A DNA stretch of 61,988 nucleotides, filler included, from Chthonomonadaceae bacterium (GTDB lineage: Bacteria > Armatimonadota > Chthonomonadetes > Chthonomonadales > Chthonomonadaceae), in the NCBI GenBank assembly GCA_035650735.1. It is 4 parts of 4 records of this genome, joined end to end, with 100 filler letters (N's around TTAATTAATTAA, not from the genome) between each part and the next. Parts side by side here need not be neighbours in the genome. Positions count along the whole stretch, not along the records: positions 1 to 31,705 come from DASRGZ010000199.1; 3 more parts are not named here. One strand, given 5' to 3'. Under the pieces are notes generated by a model. It saw only the letters and a list, made by a program, of their open reading frames with translations, was not told the DNA's origin and searched no databases. Position numbers and translations under genes: made by a program. Shown here in pieces: positions 1-9,411 of the stretch; position 1 is the first letter of the stretch; the number at the start of each line of letters is the position of its first letter.

Positions 1-114
1 GGGGAGAGACCTCCTCCCCGGCCCTTCTCCCTGCCAGGGAGAAGGGAGAAGCGAAGCCGGGTCCCCCCCTCCCTGATGCGCTCACTACGTTCGCAGGGAA
101 GGGGGCCGGGGGGG
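1..114. repeat. REP-like palindromic element (CCCTTCTCCC..GGGAGAAGGG / CCCCCCTCCC..GGGAAGGGGG), interrupted by an IS; remainder continues at 1059-1073
   Basis: Two stem-loops visible; sequence GGGGGCCGGGGGG..TTAGG is split by the IS. Confidence 0.7.
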
Positions 115-1058
115 CTTATAAGGGTAGGGATACCGTTGGCGAATTCGTAATTGCCGTCTCAACGGGAGCTTCGGCTGTTCGATCCGAGGGGAAGCACAAG
201 GTCCAATTCTAGCCGGTGTGCGCGTCCGGGGCCTTTAGCGTGGGAGGCCCTCCCGGTAGCCTCGACGCTCCGGCGCGCCCAAGAAAGGCAGGCCGGGCGG
301 AAGGAATGGCGGCGGAGGCTGCCGCCGTTGCGTGCCGACCTGCCGCCCCAGACCGGCGTCCTGGTCTTCGCCGACCGGGGCTTCTAGGCCCGCTGGCGGT
401 TTCGACGGATCGGGCGCCTGGGAGGGCCTCCGCGGCGGCGCCTCAATCCCCCAGGCCGCTTCCGTCCCAAGGGACAGAGCGGCGTTCGGCCTTGCTTGGC
501 CCTGGGGGCGGGGTCGGAACCGCCTGCACGCCCCAGGACTGCCCCCTAGACTCCACGGGGTTAGCTTGCTGGCAAGAGGGCTGCCAAGACCCCGGGCGGC
601 TCTTGACCGACTTGCCCCCGGAAGCCGGAGACGCCTGCGGGTATGGCCTGCGCGCCTGGATCGAGCAGAGCTTCCAGCTCCTGCAGCGCGCGGGCTGGCA
701 ATGGCCCAAGACCCGCAGGAGCGCCCCCAAGCGCGCCGAGCGGCTCTGGTTGTGTGGGGCGGGGGCCCCTTATGGCTGCGCTCGGTCGGAGGCGAGGCCG
801 ATGCGGCCCTTGTGGCGGGGACGCTCCCGACCCTGTCCCTGCGGCCTGGGCGCGCGCTCTGGGACGCGCCTGGGGTGGGTGAGCGTGTTCCGGCAAGGCT
901 GGGTAGGCCTGATCACGGCGTTGCGGACCCAGCCAGCCTTCCCTGCGGGCCGGTTTCTGCCCGAACCCTGGCCCCAATCCGTTGCGGGGGCAACGGCGGC
1001 CCAACCGCCTCCCAAAACGCTACAACAGAGGGCCGCGTGAAAAACCTTCCCTTATAAG
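115..1058 (+). mobile_element. Degenerate, internally deleted IS4-like insertion sequence
   Basis: Terminal inverted repeats CTTATAAGGGTAGG (115-128) / CCTTCCCTTATAAG (1045-1058), 13 of 14 match; flanking direct repeat GCCGGGGGG (105-113, 1059-1067); transposase remnant inside. Confidence 0.8.
216..1057 (+). pseudogene. Frameshifted DDE transposase fragment (IS4-like)
   Basis: LLTDL..YGLRAWIEQSFQLLQ resembles the IS4 Y-2-R-3-E-6-K signature with K>Q; reading split across frames; stop codon lies in right TIR. Confidence 0.7.
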
Positions 1059-1089
1059 GCCGGGGGGTTAGGTCAAGATGGGCCTGAAC

Positions 1090-2199
1090 TCACGCAGCGG
1101 TGGCCGTTTGCTTCGCTGTGAGCGGCGCCTCTGCGGTCGCCGGGGCCTGAAAGAGCTTCAGGAGAGCAAGCTCTTCTGGCTCATAGTCGGGTTGGTAGCG
1201 GCGAATGTAACGCTCGGCTTTGCGCCGGAAATCCTCCAGCGTCACTCCTTCCTGGTAGCGCTCGAGGACGACCGGGTGGATATAGCAGCTGCGGCAGACC
1301 GTCGGCGTGTTGCCCAAACGCTCGGCGACACGCTTGACCGCCTGGACGATGTTGCGCTTGGCCTGCCTTTCATTTTCCGGCTTGCCCATCTCGGCCAGCG
1401 CGAGCGCCGCGCGCAGCGTTCCGCCCCAGGTGCGGAAGTCTTTGGCGGAGAACTCCGGTCCGGTCGCCGCTTTGATATAGTTATTCACGTCATGCGGCGT
1501 GATAGGACGGGCGTTGCCGTTCTCATCTATATATTGAAACAGCCGGGCGCCGGGCAGCGCCTTGATCTGGCGCATCAGATCTGCTAAATCTGCATCCACG
1601 ATCACCCGTCGGTGCTGGATATGGTGCTTGCCCACAAAACGGAACAGCAAGTGGCCCTTCGGCGTGATCTCCAGGTGGCGGTTGCGCAGCGTGGTCACCC
1701 CGAACGTGCGATACCGCCGAACGCTCTCCTCGGAGCCGAGCCGAAAATACAGGTCGTTGATAAGCCGGATGACAATAGCCAGCACGCGCTCGCGCGGTAG
1801 GCCCTCCAGCGCCATGTGCCGATTGGTCATCTGACGCAGGGTGGGCAATAGCTCGCCGAAGCGCTCGAGCTTGGCATATTTCTGTCGCTGCTGCGCCGCC
1901 TGGAAATCCGGATGGTAGCGGTACTGTACCCGCCCGCTCGTATCTATGCCGAGGGCTTGAAGGCGGCTGCGTGGCGAAGGCGCAATCCGCACTGAAGTCC
2001 ACGCGGGCGGAAGGGCCAGGGCGCGAATGCGCTCCAACTGCTTCTCGTCGGTGATGCGCACGCCCTTAGCATCCTCGTACCAGAATCCTTTCTCCTTCGA
2101 GCCGCGACGGCGCCACCAGCGCGCCCGCGCGCCTTTCTCAAGAACGCTCTGCGCTCGCTCTGGCGCAGACAGGTTCGGTTTTATTTTAGTTTTTGCCAT
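1090..2199 (-). CDS. DNA topoisomerase IB (bacterial, poxvirus-like)
   Basis: IPPAW-like LPPAW, GRVQYRYH, KDFRTW, LGNTPTVCRSCYIHP motifs. Confidence 0.93.
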   Translation of the reverse strand: MAKTKIKPNLSAPERAQSVLEKGARARWWRRRGSKEKGFWYEDAKGVRITDEKQLERIRALALPPAWTSVRIAPSPRSRLQALGIDTSGRVQYRYHPDFQAAQQRQKYAKLERFGELLPTLRQMTNRHMALEGLPRERVLAIVIRLINDLYFRLGSEESVRRYRTFGVTTLRNRHLEITPKGHLLFRFVGKHHIQHRRVIVDADLADLMRQIKALPGARLFQYIDENGNARPITPHDVNNYIKAATGPEFSAKDFRTWGGTLRAALALAEMGKPENERQAKRNIVQAVKRVAERLGNTPTVCRSCYIHPVVLERYQEGVTLEDFRRKAERYIRRYQPDYEPEELALLKLFQAPATAEAPLTAKQTATAA

Positions 2200-2426
2200 A
2201 ACGCTGCCACGAACCGGTACCTAAAGCGCCGGGTTTCCTTTCAGGCAAAGGACGATACGTTCTGCCGATTGGTTCCAGCGGGCAATTGAGAGTGGCTCAT
2301 ACCTTGCAGGAAGGATCGCTTGTGTCATTGTCGTGCCGAAAAAACACGTCTTCAACCGTTTGGGCACTCCCAGGGCAGTTGCGGCGGCTGGCAAATCCTG
2401 GCGGCGTTGAGGTACAATACCTCACT

Positions 2427-2774
2427 ATGCGATTGCTGACACTGCTCAAAAGCAAGATCCATCGCGCCACCGTTACGCAGGCGGACGTCAACTATATCGG
2501 CAGTATCACCATTGACCGTGACCTTAGCGAGCGTGTTGGGCTGCTGCCCGGCGAGCTTGTCCATGTCTGGGACATAGATAATGGCGAGCGGTTCGAAACC
2601 TATGTCATCGAGGGCGAACCTGGTTCGGGCGAAATAATCGTCAATGGCGCGGCGGCCCACCGCGTTCGTGTCGGCCACAAGATCATCATTGCGGCCTTCT
2701 GCCTGACCGACGAGCCGATAGAGCCGAAAATGATCCTGGTAGACGAGAACAACCGCTACCTGCGCGACCTATAA
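2427..2774 (+). CDS. panD: Aspartate 1-decarboxylase
   Basis: LKSKIHRATVT, YIGSITID (Gly-Ser cleavage site), NGERFETY, NGAAA; start moved to ATG 2427. Confidence 0.96.
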   Translation: MRLLTLLKSKIHRATVTQADVNYIGSITIDRDLSERVGLLPGELVHVWDIDNGERFETYVIEGEPGSGEIIVNGAAAHRVRVGHKIIIAAFCLTDEPIEPKMILVDENNRYLRDL

Positions 2775-2820
2775 AGCGCCCCTGGGGTTCCCATCTCTCT
2801 ATGCACCGGAGGACACAGCG

Positions 2821-3600
2821 ATGCCCTTTCACTACTCCGACCAGCTTCGCGAAGAGTACTACACCGACGGCTTGACCATCCTGCGCGGGGTCATGCCTCC
2901 GACGCTGCTTGCGGACCTGCGCCGCGAAACGGATAAGGCGCGCGTGATCGCCCGCAAAGAGCGCGGCCCGCAGGCCCAGCGCTTGCAGCCGGTCTACCAC
3001 TACGAGGAGCTTGATCATCAGGTCTTTCGGGACTTCCTGACGCTGCCCGCCATGCAGGAGACGGTGGAGAAGATCCTGGGGCCGGGGCACAAGCCCTCTC
3101 AGATCATGGGCGTGCTGCTGGAGCCAGCGAATGAGGCGTGGTGTACCTCCTGGCATCGGGATTGGGGCTACAACCTGCCCGGAATAGACCTGGAGGATTT
3201 CTTTCAGGCCGTGCATAACCCGCGCCTCTTTAACCAGATCAATGGCGCCCTCTACGACGACCATTCGCTCTGGGTGGTGCCGCGCAGCCATATGCGCAAG
3301 GACACGGAGGCCGAGCGCGCCGCGTTCTCGCGCATTCCGCCGCCCGCCCCGGAGTTGACGGGCCTATCGCCGGAGGAACGGGAGCTGGCCTGCGCGGAGT
3401 ACGTGCGCCGGATGCCGGGCGCGGCGCCGGTCGTGCTCTTCGCGGGCGACGTCGCCTTTTACCGCAACAGCACGTGGCACCTGGGCACCTACGTGCCTTA
3501 CGTCAAGCGGGCTACGCTGCATGACGGATATTTCTGCGATGAGGACTATGCCTGGCAGGCCAAGGCGCGCAAGACGGCGGCGGAAGGTGCGGCGCGGTGA
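2821..3600 (+). CDS. Phytanoyl-CoA dioxygenase (PhyH) family Fe/2OG oxygenase
   Basis: YYTDGLTILR N-terminus, WHRD facial-triad motif, LWVVPRSH, WH distal His. Confidence 0.8.
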   Translation: MPFHYSDQLREEYYTDGLTILRGVMPPTLLADLRRETDKARVIARKERGPQAQRLQPVYHYEELDHQVFRDFLTLPAMQETVEKILGPGHKPSQIMGVLLEPANEAWCTSWHRDWGYNLPGIDLEDFFQAVHNPRLFNQINGALYDDHSLWVVPRSHMRKDTEAERAAFSRIPPPAPELTGLSPEERELACAEYVRRMPGAAPVVLFAGDVAFYRNSTWHLGTYVPYVKRATLHDGYFCDEDYAWQAKARKTAAEGAAR

Positions 3601-4352
3601 TCTATGCCGTTGGGGATATTCACGGACAGGTGACGATGCTGCGCGCGATGCTGGATCGCCTGCGCAGCCTGCCCCTCCGCGACGACGACATCCTGATCTT
3701 CATCGGCGACTATATTGACCGGGGTGAGGACTCGCGTGCCGTGATCCAGACGCTGCTGCAACTGCGGGAGGAGCGCAGCGGCGTCGTCTTCCTGCGCGGC
3801 AATCACGAGCAGTTGATCCTGGAGGCGCGCAAAGGCCCGCCGCCCGAACCGGCGGATCGCGAGGGCTATATGCTGCTGGCCGAGTCGCTGCTCAACTGGC
3901 TTCAGAACGGCGGCGCCGAGACGCTCTACTCCTATGGCGTCGAGGATTTTATGCGCTGGTGGGAGTTTATCCCCGAATCCCACTGGGAGTTCATCCGCGC
4001 TACAGAGCTGGAGTACATCACGGAGCACTACCACTTCGTCCACGCGGGGCTGCTGCCGCCCGGCAAGACCTGGGAGGGCGCGGATTGGGATCTGGACCCG
4101 CGCCTCTGGATCCGGGAGCCTTTCCTCAAGAGTAAGGCCGACTTCGGCGGACGGCGCGTCGTCTTCGGGCATACGCCGCAGACGAGTGGACGCCCGCTCC
4201 TCCAGCGCAACAAGATCGGAATAGATACGGGCGCGGTGTATGGCGGCCCGCTGACCACCGTGGTTCTGGAAGAGAACTTCACGGGCCGTAGACCGCCCCC
4301 GCCCCGCTTTATCCAGGTGCCCTACGACCGCGCCGACATCCCGGAGGAGTAG
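3597..4352 (+). CDS. Metallophosphoesterase, PPP/PphA-like Ser/Thr phosphatase
   Basis: GDIHG, GDYIDRG, LRGNHE, FVHAG, FGHT, IDTG motifs; GTGA overlap with upstream stop. Confidence 0.92.
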   Translation: MIYAVGDIHGQVTMLRAMLDRLRSLPLRDDDILIFIGDYIDRGEDSRAVIQTLLQLREERSGVVFLRGNHEQLILEARKGPPPEPADREGYMLLAESLLNWLQNGGAETLYSYGVEDFMRWWEFIPESHWEFIRATELEYITEHYHFVHAGLLPPGKTWEGADWDLDPRLWIREPFLKSKADFGGRRVVFGHTPQTSGRPLLQRNKIGIDTGAVYGGPLTTVVLEENFTGRRPPPPRFIQVPYDRADIPEE

Positions 4353-4436
4353 TACGCCGATCTTCCACGCGCGTTCCTGCCGTGCGCTCGCGCCACGACC
4401 AGACGCTGTGCCGGGCCGTTCTGCCTGCGCTGCCGA

Positions 4437-4955
4437 CTACAGGGACATCTCCAATTCGAGTTCGTCTCGGAGGGGAATGCCGTCCAGGCCCAGCAGGGGA
4501 ACCTGGGGCTTGAGGCGGCGCGTGGCTTCCATCGCGTTGCAGCGCAGCGCCGTCAGATAGAACCCGCGCTTCTGGTAAAAGCGCAGGGCGGGCAGGTTGT
4601 CGTTGGTGGTGACGAGCCACAGGCACCGGCATTGGCGCTGTTGAGCGACGCGCTTTACCGCGGCGATCAGGGCCGAGCCTACCCCCCTCCGTTCTCGAAG
4701 GCTGTGGATGGTCAGGATCTCGCAGGCATCGCCGACGATCTGATAGGTCACCAGGCCGACCGGTTCGCCATCCACAAGCGCCACAAACCCCGGCAGACCG
4801 TCCGCATCCACCATTTGACCGCGCCGCACCATGCGCGTATCCCCCCAGTGTTGGAGAAGGCTCTGCCTGGCCCACTCCCGGCGCTCCTCCGATAAAGGCT
4901 CGATCTGCACGGTCTCCATTCCAGGACTCCTTTCCTGGACGATTAGCCCCTCCAC
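4437..4955 (-). CDS. GNAT family N-acetyltransferase
   Basis: RRGVGSAL acetyl-CoA motif, TTNDNLPALRFYQKRGF. Confidence 0.9.
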   Translation of the reverse strand: MEGLIVQERSPGMETVQIEPLSEERREWARQSLLQHWGDTRMVRRGQMVDADGLPGFVALVDGEPVGLVTYQIVGDACEILTIHSLRERRGVGSALIAAVKRVAQQRQCRCLWLVTTNDNLPALRFYQKRGFYLTALRCNAMEATRRLKPQVPLLGLDGIPLRDELELEMSL

Positions 4956-4968
4956 TTCGCAACCAGGC

Positions 4969-4999
4969 AGTGGTCAGTGATCATGTGGTTAGTGGTCAG
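4969..4999. repeat. Short tandem heptamer repeat (AGTGGTC-like)
   Basis: cagtggtcagtgatcatgtggttagtggtcag. Confidence 0.45.
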
Positions 5000-5051
5000 A
5001 ACTCCGCTTCGCAAACCTGTAGGCGCTCCGGCAGCCCATCGGGACTAAGTA

Positions 5052-5154
5052 GCTCAAGTTGCTACCTTGCCTCTTCGAGAAGGCAAACGGTGATGCAAAA
5101 GCCGGTTTCCAGAGCGATTCTCTCTCAAACGTGTTCCTAGGTAGCAACTTGGGT
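5052..5154 (-). mobile_element. 103-bp MITE, copy 1
   Basis: Imperfect TIR ACCCAAGTTGCTACCT; 6-bp target duplication TAAGTA (5046-5051, 5155-5160); near-identical reverse complement of 45123-45225. Confidence 0.9.
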
Positions 5155-5183
5155 TAAGTAGCCGTGCAGCCAAAGTGCGTTTC

Positions 5184-5243
5184 CCGCCCACGCAGGTGGG
5201 CGGCGAGCCGCAGGCTCCACAGCGGCAGGCTGAACCCTGCCGC
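5184..5243. repeat. REP-like family GCGGCAGGCTRAACCCTGCCGC
   Basis: Related copies at about 29248, 35357 and 55722, all just downstream of genes. Confidence 0.7.
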
Positions 5244-5259
5244 AAAAAGCACGGCAAAC

Positions 5260-6345
5260 TTAGCTCGGTTGGAGCCTGAGACCGAACCCCGGTTCCGAGG
5301 GAACACGCAGCAGTCCCTGCTCGAGACGGTAGCCGCTCCCATCCACGTCGTCGCTGGTGGCCGGGATGCCCTCGATGGTCAGGACGTTTCCTAGCCCCGC
5401 CGCCAGGTGGCCGACAGAGTAAGTCTTCAATGGTTCGCCCCAGGTGTGCGGCGAGGTCCGGATTCCCTGCCGGGCCAATCGCGGCATCCACTGCCGCCAG
5501 CGGGTGAAGCCGAAACCGACGATGTCCATAATCAGGACATCAATCAGCCCTGCTTCGGCCAGGGAGATCACCAGGTCCAGGTCAACGTTGCTCTCACCAT
5601 CGGCGATGAGCGTCTGTGGGCTGCGCTCGGCAAGGAAGGCTCGCAGGCGCTCCAGGTCCTCACGGTTCTCCGGGAACGGCTCTTCCACCCAGAAGAGGCG
5701 GCAGTCGGCGACGGCCTCCAGATAGCGCAGAACGCCGTCGCAGGTGTAGCCGTCGTTGGCGTCAACCAGCAGGTAGCAATCGGGGAATGCCTCCCGCACT
5801 CGGCGTGTCACCTCAATATCGCGCCGCAGCCCCGCCTCCGCCTCCATCCAGCGGTGCCCTCGTCCTATCTTGAGCTTGAAAGCGCGGTAGCCCAGCGCGT
5901 AGTCCGCGCGGCAGTTGGCCAGCACCGCCTCTATGCCGCGTGGGGCCGCCTCCGGTAGGATGTCATCTATATAGATGGCCCCATCATAGCAGGGAATGTG
6001 GGTCGGCCCCTGCCCGCCGAGCATCTGATAGACGGGCTGGCCGAGCAGAACACCCGCCAGGTCGTGCAGGGCGAAGTCGAGCGGCAGGGCTTCCTCGAGC
6101 AGGACGCCGACAGCGGGATCGAAAAGTTCGGCGACGCGCCTGCCGAGGAGCGGGGCGACCGCCGCCTCGTCGCCCCAGGAAAGGCCCCATCCGACGGCCC
6201 CCTGATCGGTGGTGAGGATGCGTATCTGAGATGCCGGTCCCGTGCCGTGCACATCCAGCCGCGCGTTGCGGCCCACCTCGCGCGGGTAGCGATTTTGAAT
6301 GGTGCGGGTCTGAATGCGGGCGATACGATGCTCTGCCAGTGTCAT
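5260..6345 (-). CDS. Mandelate racemase/muconate lactonizing enzyme family protein (enolase superfamily)
   Basis: ALHDLAG, KLKIG, LVDANDG, WVEEP, ADGE, PHTW motifs. Confidence 0.88.
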   Translation of the reverse strand: MTLAEHRIARIQTRTIQNRYPREVGRNARLDVHGTGPASQIRILTTDQGAVGWGLSWGDEAAVAPLLGRRVAELFDPAVGVLLEEALPLDFALHDLAGVLLGQPVYQMLGGQGPTHIPCYDGAIYIDDILPEAAPRGIEAVLANCRADYALGYRAFKLKIGRGHRWMEAEAGLRRDIEVTRRVREAFPDCYLLVDANDGYTCDGVLRYLEAVADCRLFWVEEPFPENREDLERLRAFLAERSPQTLIADGESNVDLDLVISLAEAGLIDVLIMDIVGFGFTRWRQWMPRLARQGIRTSPHTWGEPLKTYSVGHLAAGLGNVLTIEGIPATSDDVDGSGYRLEQGLLRVPSEPGFGLRLQPS

Positions 6346-6360
6346 GCCGGACCTCCCCTG

Positions 6361-6413
6361 GCGCGCGGCGTCTGCGCCCTCCTGCCATCAGGAGGGCGCA
6401 GACGCCGCGCCGC
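6361..6413. repeat. Long GC hairpin upstream of enolase-family gene
   Basis: GCGCGGCGTCTGCGCCCTCCTG..CAGGAGGGCGCAGACGCCGCGC inverted repeat. Confidence 0.6.
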
Positions 6414-6545
6414 GTTTGTCCTCTGCATTGTACCCGACAGAGATAAAAGCTGCCGCCGCACAAGGCCGGGCTATTTCTCCAGGCGTGGCCCCTCTGCTTT
6501 TCTCTATCCTCACGCTACATTTTGCCGTCGTCGCACAAGGTCGGG

Positions 6546-7040
6546 CTATTTGCCCAGGCGCGGGGTTTGCATGACGATAGCCGGCATCATGGGCGGTATG
6601 CCTGGGTGCATCCGGCGCCACTGGTCAGAGCGGACCTGCCAGTAGGGCATGGATAGATGGCGCATGCGGGCGCGCATTATGAGCAGAAAGGGAGACGGAT
6701 AGGAATGGACCGCCGAGTGCCCGATCTCGGCGGCCTGGGCTGCGGGTCCATTGAGTTGCATATAGCCGATTCCATACAACATCAGATAGGCGACGATCAC
6801 TGCTTGCGAGGCCCACCGGACAAATCTCGGACGGTGCCGACGCGCCCACTCTAGCACACATAACGGGCCGACAATGCAGGCGACCTTAGCCAGAACGAAG
6901 GCTGCCGGCCCCATGGCCCAGACATGACGGAACAGCGGATTGGCTTCCTGCGCGCCATGACGATTGATAAAGATAATGGTCGTCACTAGATCCGCCAGGC
7001 CGATAGCGGCGATGATCCAACTTTCTCGTGATATCCTCAT
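6546..7040 (-). CDS. DUF5658-like membrane protein
   Basis: ADLVTT..EANPL motif, three hydrophobic helices. Confidence 0.7.
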   Translation of the reverse strand: MRISRESWIIAAIGLADLVTTIIFINRHGAQEANPLFRHVWAMGPAAFVLAKVACIVGPLCVLEWARRHRPRFVRWASQAVIVAYLMLYGIGYMQLNGPAAQAAEIGHSAVHSYPSPFLLIMRARMRHLSMPYWQVRSDQWRRMHPGIPPMMPAIVMQTPRLGK

Positions 7041-7141
7041 CTTTCTCTCCCCAAAACGGGCAGATCTTGCGTCTGCCTTGACCTTCTGCCTCTCTGCATT
7101 GGCATCTATGCCTGACGTGCAATAGCCCTCACCCCCTTCCC

Positions 7142-7230
7142 ACTGCTAGGGTCGGCGCTGCAATGGACTGCAAGGGTCGGCAGGGTTACGGCCCCTGCCT
7201 CCGCCTTGCGACACCCCTCCGCCTAGCGAC
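7142..7230 (-). repeat. Modular L-hairpin-R repeat stack inside REP (copy A)
   Basis: On minus strand two GTCGCWAGGCGGAG and two GACCCTWGCAGT modules; see findings. Confidence 0.75.
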
Positions 7231-7612
7231 CCCCGACGCTGCGGGAGAGGGGAAAGGCGTTTTCATGCTCGATGGTGCGCGCCGTGCAGGGAGGACTGTC
7301 TTGCAATAACAGGCACACTTTTATCATCGGCAACTCGTACAGTTACCTAAACGCCAGTCTAAACTCGTTTGTTCCAGAATTATTTAGCGCATAAGCGCGG
7401 TCGTTCTGGGAAGCCCACGGACAGGCAACAGTCCGGTCGGTGACGTTAAAAAGAGAGGCGTACAGAGATGAGCAGAGAGGAGGAGAGAGAAAGCGGAGAG
7501 AGAAGCACCAGGCAGGCGGGCCGCCGTGATCCCGGCCCAAACGCCGGAGGCATCTGCAAGCCCCCGGCCCTTCCCCGCAGGGAAGGCAAACGCATCGATA
7601 TAGGAGACGCGC

Positions 7613-7999
7613 TTAGTCGAGTTCGCGCGGCGTAGACGCCGGCAACAGGTGCTCGGAGACCACGGCTTCCGAAGGCGCGTACTGCCGCAGCAGCCTCAGG
7701 AACGCCATCTCGTGCTCGGCGATCAGCAGACGGTCGGCATCTACCGTGATCTGGCCGCCGCGTGCGGCATGGGCCGCCAGTTGCTCCAGGCGGTGCAGGA
7801 TATGCAGGGAGTCGAGGAGCGCATCCACCTGGCGCTCCAGCCCCGAAGGATTATAGGGACCATCCGCGGCCAGGGGCTGCTCCGCAAAGGTACGTATCCG
7901 TTCCTGGCGTATGTTCTCTAGGCTGGCAGCGATGGCCTGGGGAAGCGGATCGACGGTTTTCTGGTTGGGTGGGCAGGTAAGGCACGGCTCATTACTCAT
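7613..7999 (-). CDS. Hypothetical protein
   Basis: 128-aa ORF, plausible composition, GGAG RBS upstream. Confidence 0.55.
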   Translation of the reverse strand: MSNEPCLTCPPNQKTVDPLPQAIAASLENIRQERIRTFAEQPLAADGPYNPSGLERQVDALLDSLHILHRLEQLAAHAARGGQITVDADRLLIAEHEMAFLRLLRQYAPSEAVVSEHLLPASTPRELD

Positions 8000-8291
8000 G
8001 ACAGAGATCTCCAGAAAGGTTACTTTTCTGCCGGGTAGGCATCGCGGCTATTCCGGCATCCATAGCGGGCTATGTCCTGCCTGCACACCTGCAAGCGGCG
8101 TGCCAGGCGGAGAAGCCCGAGAAAACGCGGCGGTTCTCAGCATGGATCCGGCAACGTTCTCTCACTTTCTCTTACGAACGCCGTTATTTGTCCGGTTTCA
8201 GGCCGGGCTGTGAAATATTCCACAGTCAGCCCGATAGATAGACCTCTGCTGCTCTATCGTGCCCTAACGCTCCTGCCCACCTACGCCTTTA

Positions 8292-8981
8292 TCAAAAGTA
8301 AAACTCAATCTGGCCGCTGCCATACCCGAACGTCTGCTGCATGCGGGATAGCATCTGGATCGCGTTCTCCTGCGCCAGCGCGCGGATGTTCTGCCGCTCG
8401 GCAGCCTCCTCGAAGCGGCGGCTGGCCTGCGCCTCCGCCTTCGGCACGATGTTCTCATCTCGCCAGAAGAGACCGGGCTGATTGTGCTCCACATGGACGT
8501 GGACGTTGGGCGGATAGACCGTGACGGGCGGCAGATGCACGCGCAGGACGGTATGGCCCTCGGGGGTCTTGACCCTGGCGACATCTTTGTCGCTCAACTG
8601 CGCCAGGTCAATGCCGGCCTCGATGTTGCCGTCCGCCACGACCAGGGCCGCGTTGCGCGTGGCCCAGTGCGTCAATGCCGCCGCGCCGGGGAGGCTGCTC
8701 ACCCACCCTGGCGGCTCCGCCTGCGTTTCCTGGCGCAGCACATCTTTCCAGGCCAGGGAGACGGTATGCAGCTGGCCAATCTTCTGAATCGCCAGCAGCA
8801 CCGGCCCCACCTGCGGCTCCTCTGCGCCAGGTTTCGCCACGCGATAGCCAAGCATCCAGCCTACCATCCAGCCCAGGCCGATCAGCATCAGCGCGAGCAG
8901 CACGAGAGGGCGGAAAGGCGAAGGCTGGGACGGCGCAGAGGCCGCGCGCAGAGGAACGGGCATAAAGTTAAATCGCGCCAT
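8292..8981 (-). CDS. DUF4230 domain membrane-anchored protein
   Basis: N-terminal TM, IQKIGQLHTV, GNIEAGIDL, VHLPPV motifs. Confidence 0.8.
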   Translation of the reverse strand: MARFNFMPVPLRAASAPSQPSPFRPLVLLALMLIGLGWMVGWMLGYRVAKPGAEEPQVGPVLLAIQKIGQLHTVSLAWKDVLRQETQAEPPGWVSSLPGAAALTHWATRNAALVVADGNIEAGIDLAQLSDKDVARVKTPEGHTVLRVHLPPVTVYPPNVHVHVEHNQPGLFWRDENIVPKAEAQASRRFEEAAERQNIRALAQENAIQMLSRMQQTFGYGSGQIEFYF

Positions 8982-9250
8982 AGTACCTTAAACTCCTCAA
9001 CTCCTCATATCCAGTCGGTGAAAGCGTTTTCCTTCAGCTATCTCCTGGCAACGCCAGAACGAGAAGGGATCAAGAGGATCGAACATAAATATCTGGCTGG
9101 GACTGTGTCAGTCCACCGTTGCCGCCAGGGCTCTCCTGTATCCTACTCTACGCACGGTGGCCCCAAAAGAGTTGCCGTAAATCGCAACAAAGCGGCGCCC
9201 GGCATCCATTCTATTTTAGCAGGTTTCTACAGCTGCCGCAAATGCAGCCC

Positions 9251-9279
9251 TTGACAATCCCATCGACTCCAGCTAATCT
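9251..9279 (+). promoter_or_regulatory. sigma70-type promoter for enolase-MlrC-PhyH genes
   Basis: TTGACA-N17-TAATCT. Confidence 0.6.
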
Positions 9280-9411
9280 AGTGGGCAATTGGCCGGACAA
9301 ACGGGATGAAGACGGCGCTCTAAGAGGAGGCGAGAGAGGCCGTCTGCAAACCATAAGGCCAGAGGTCTCTTTCTGGAAATGAGAGATGCGCCTGTAAGGA
9401 GAGATGCGCCT

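Noticed and set aside
5054..5491. ORFs 5054-5491 and 45008-45223 sharing an identical C-terminal peptide
   Set aside because: The identity comes from reading through the 103-bp MITE, not from a protein family
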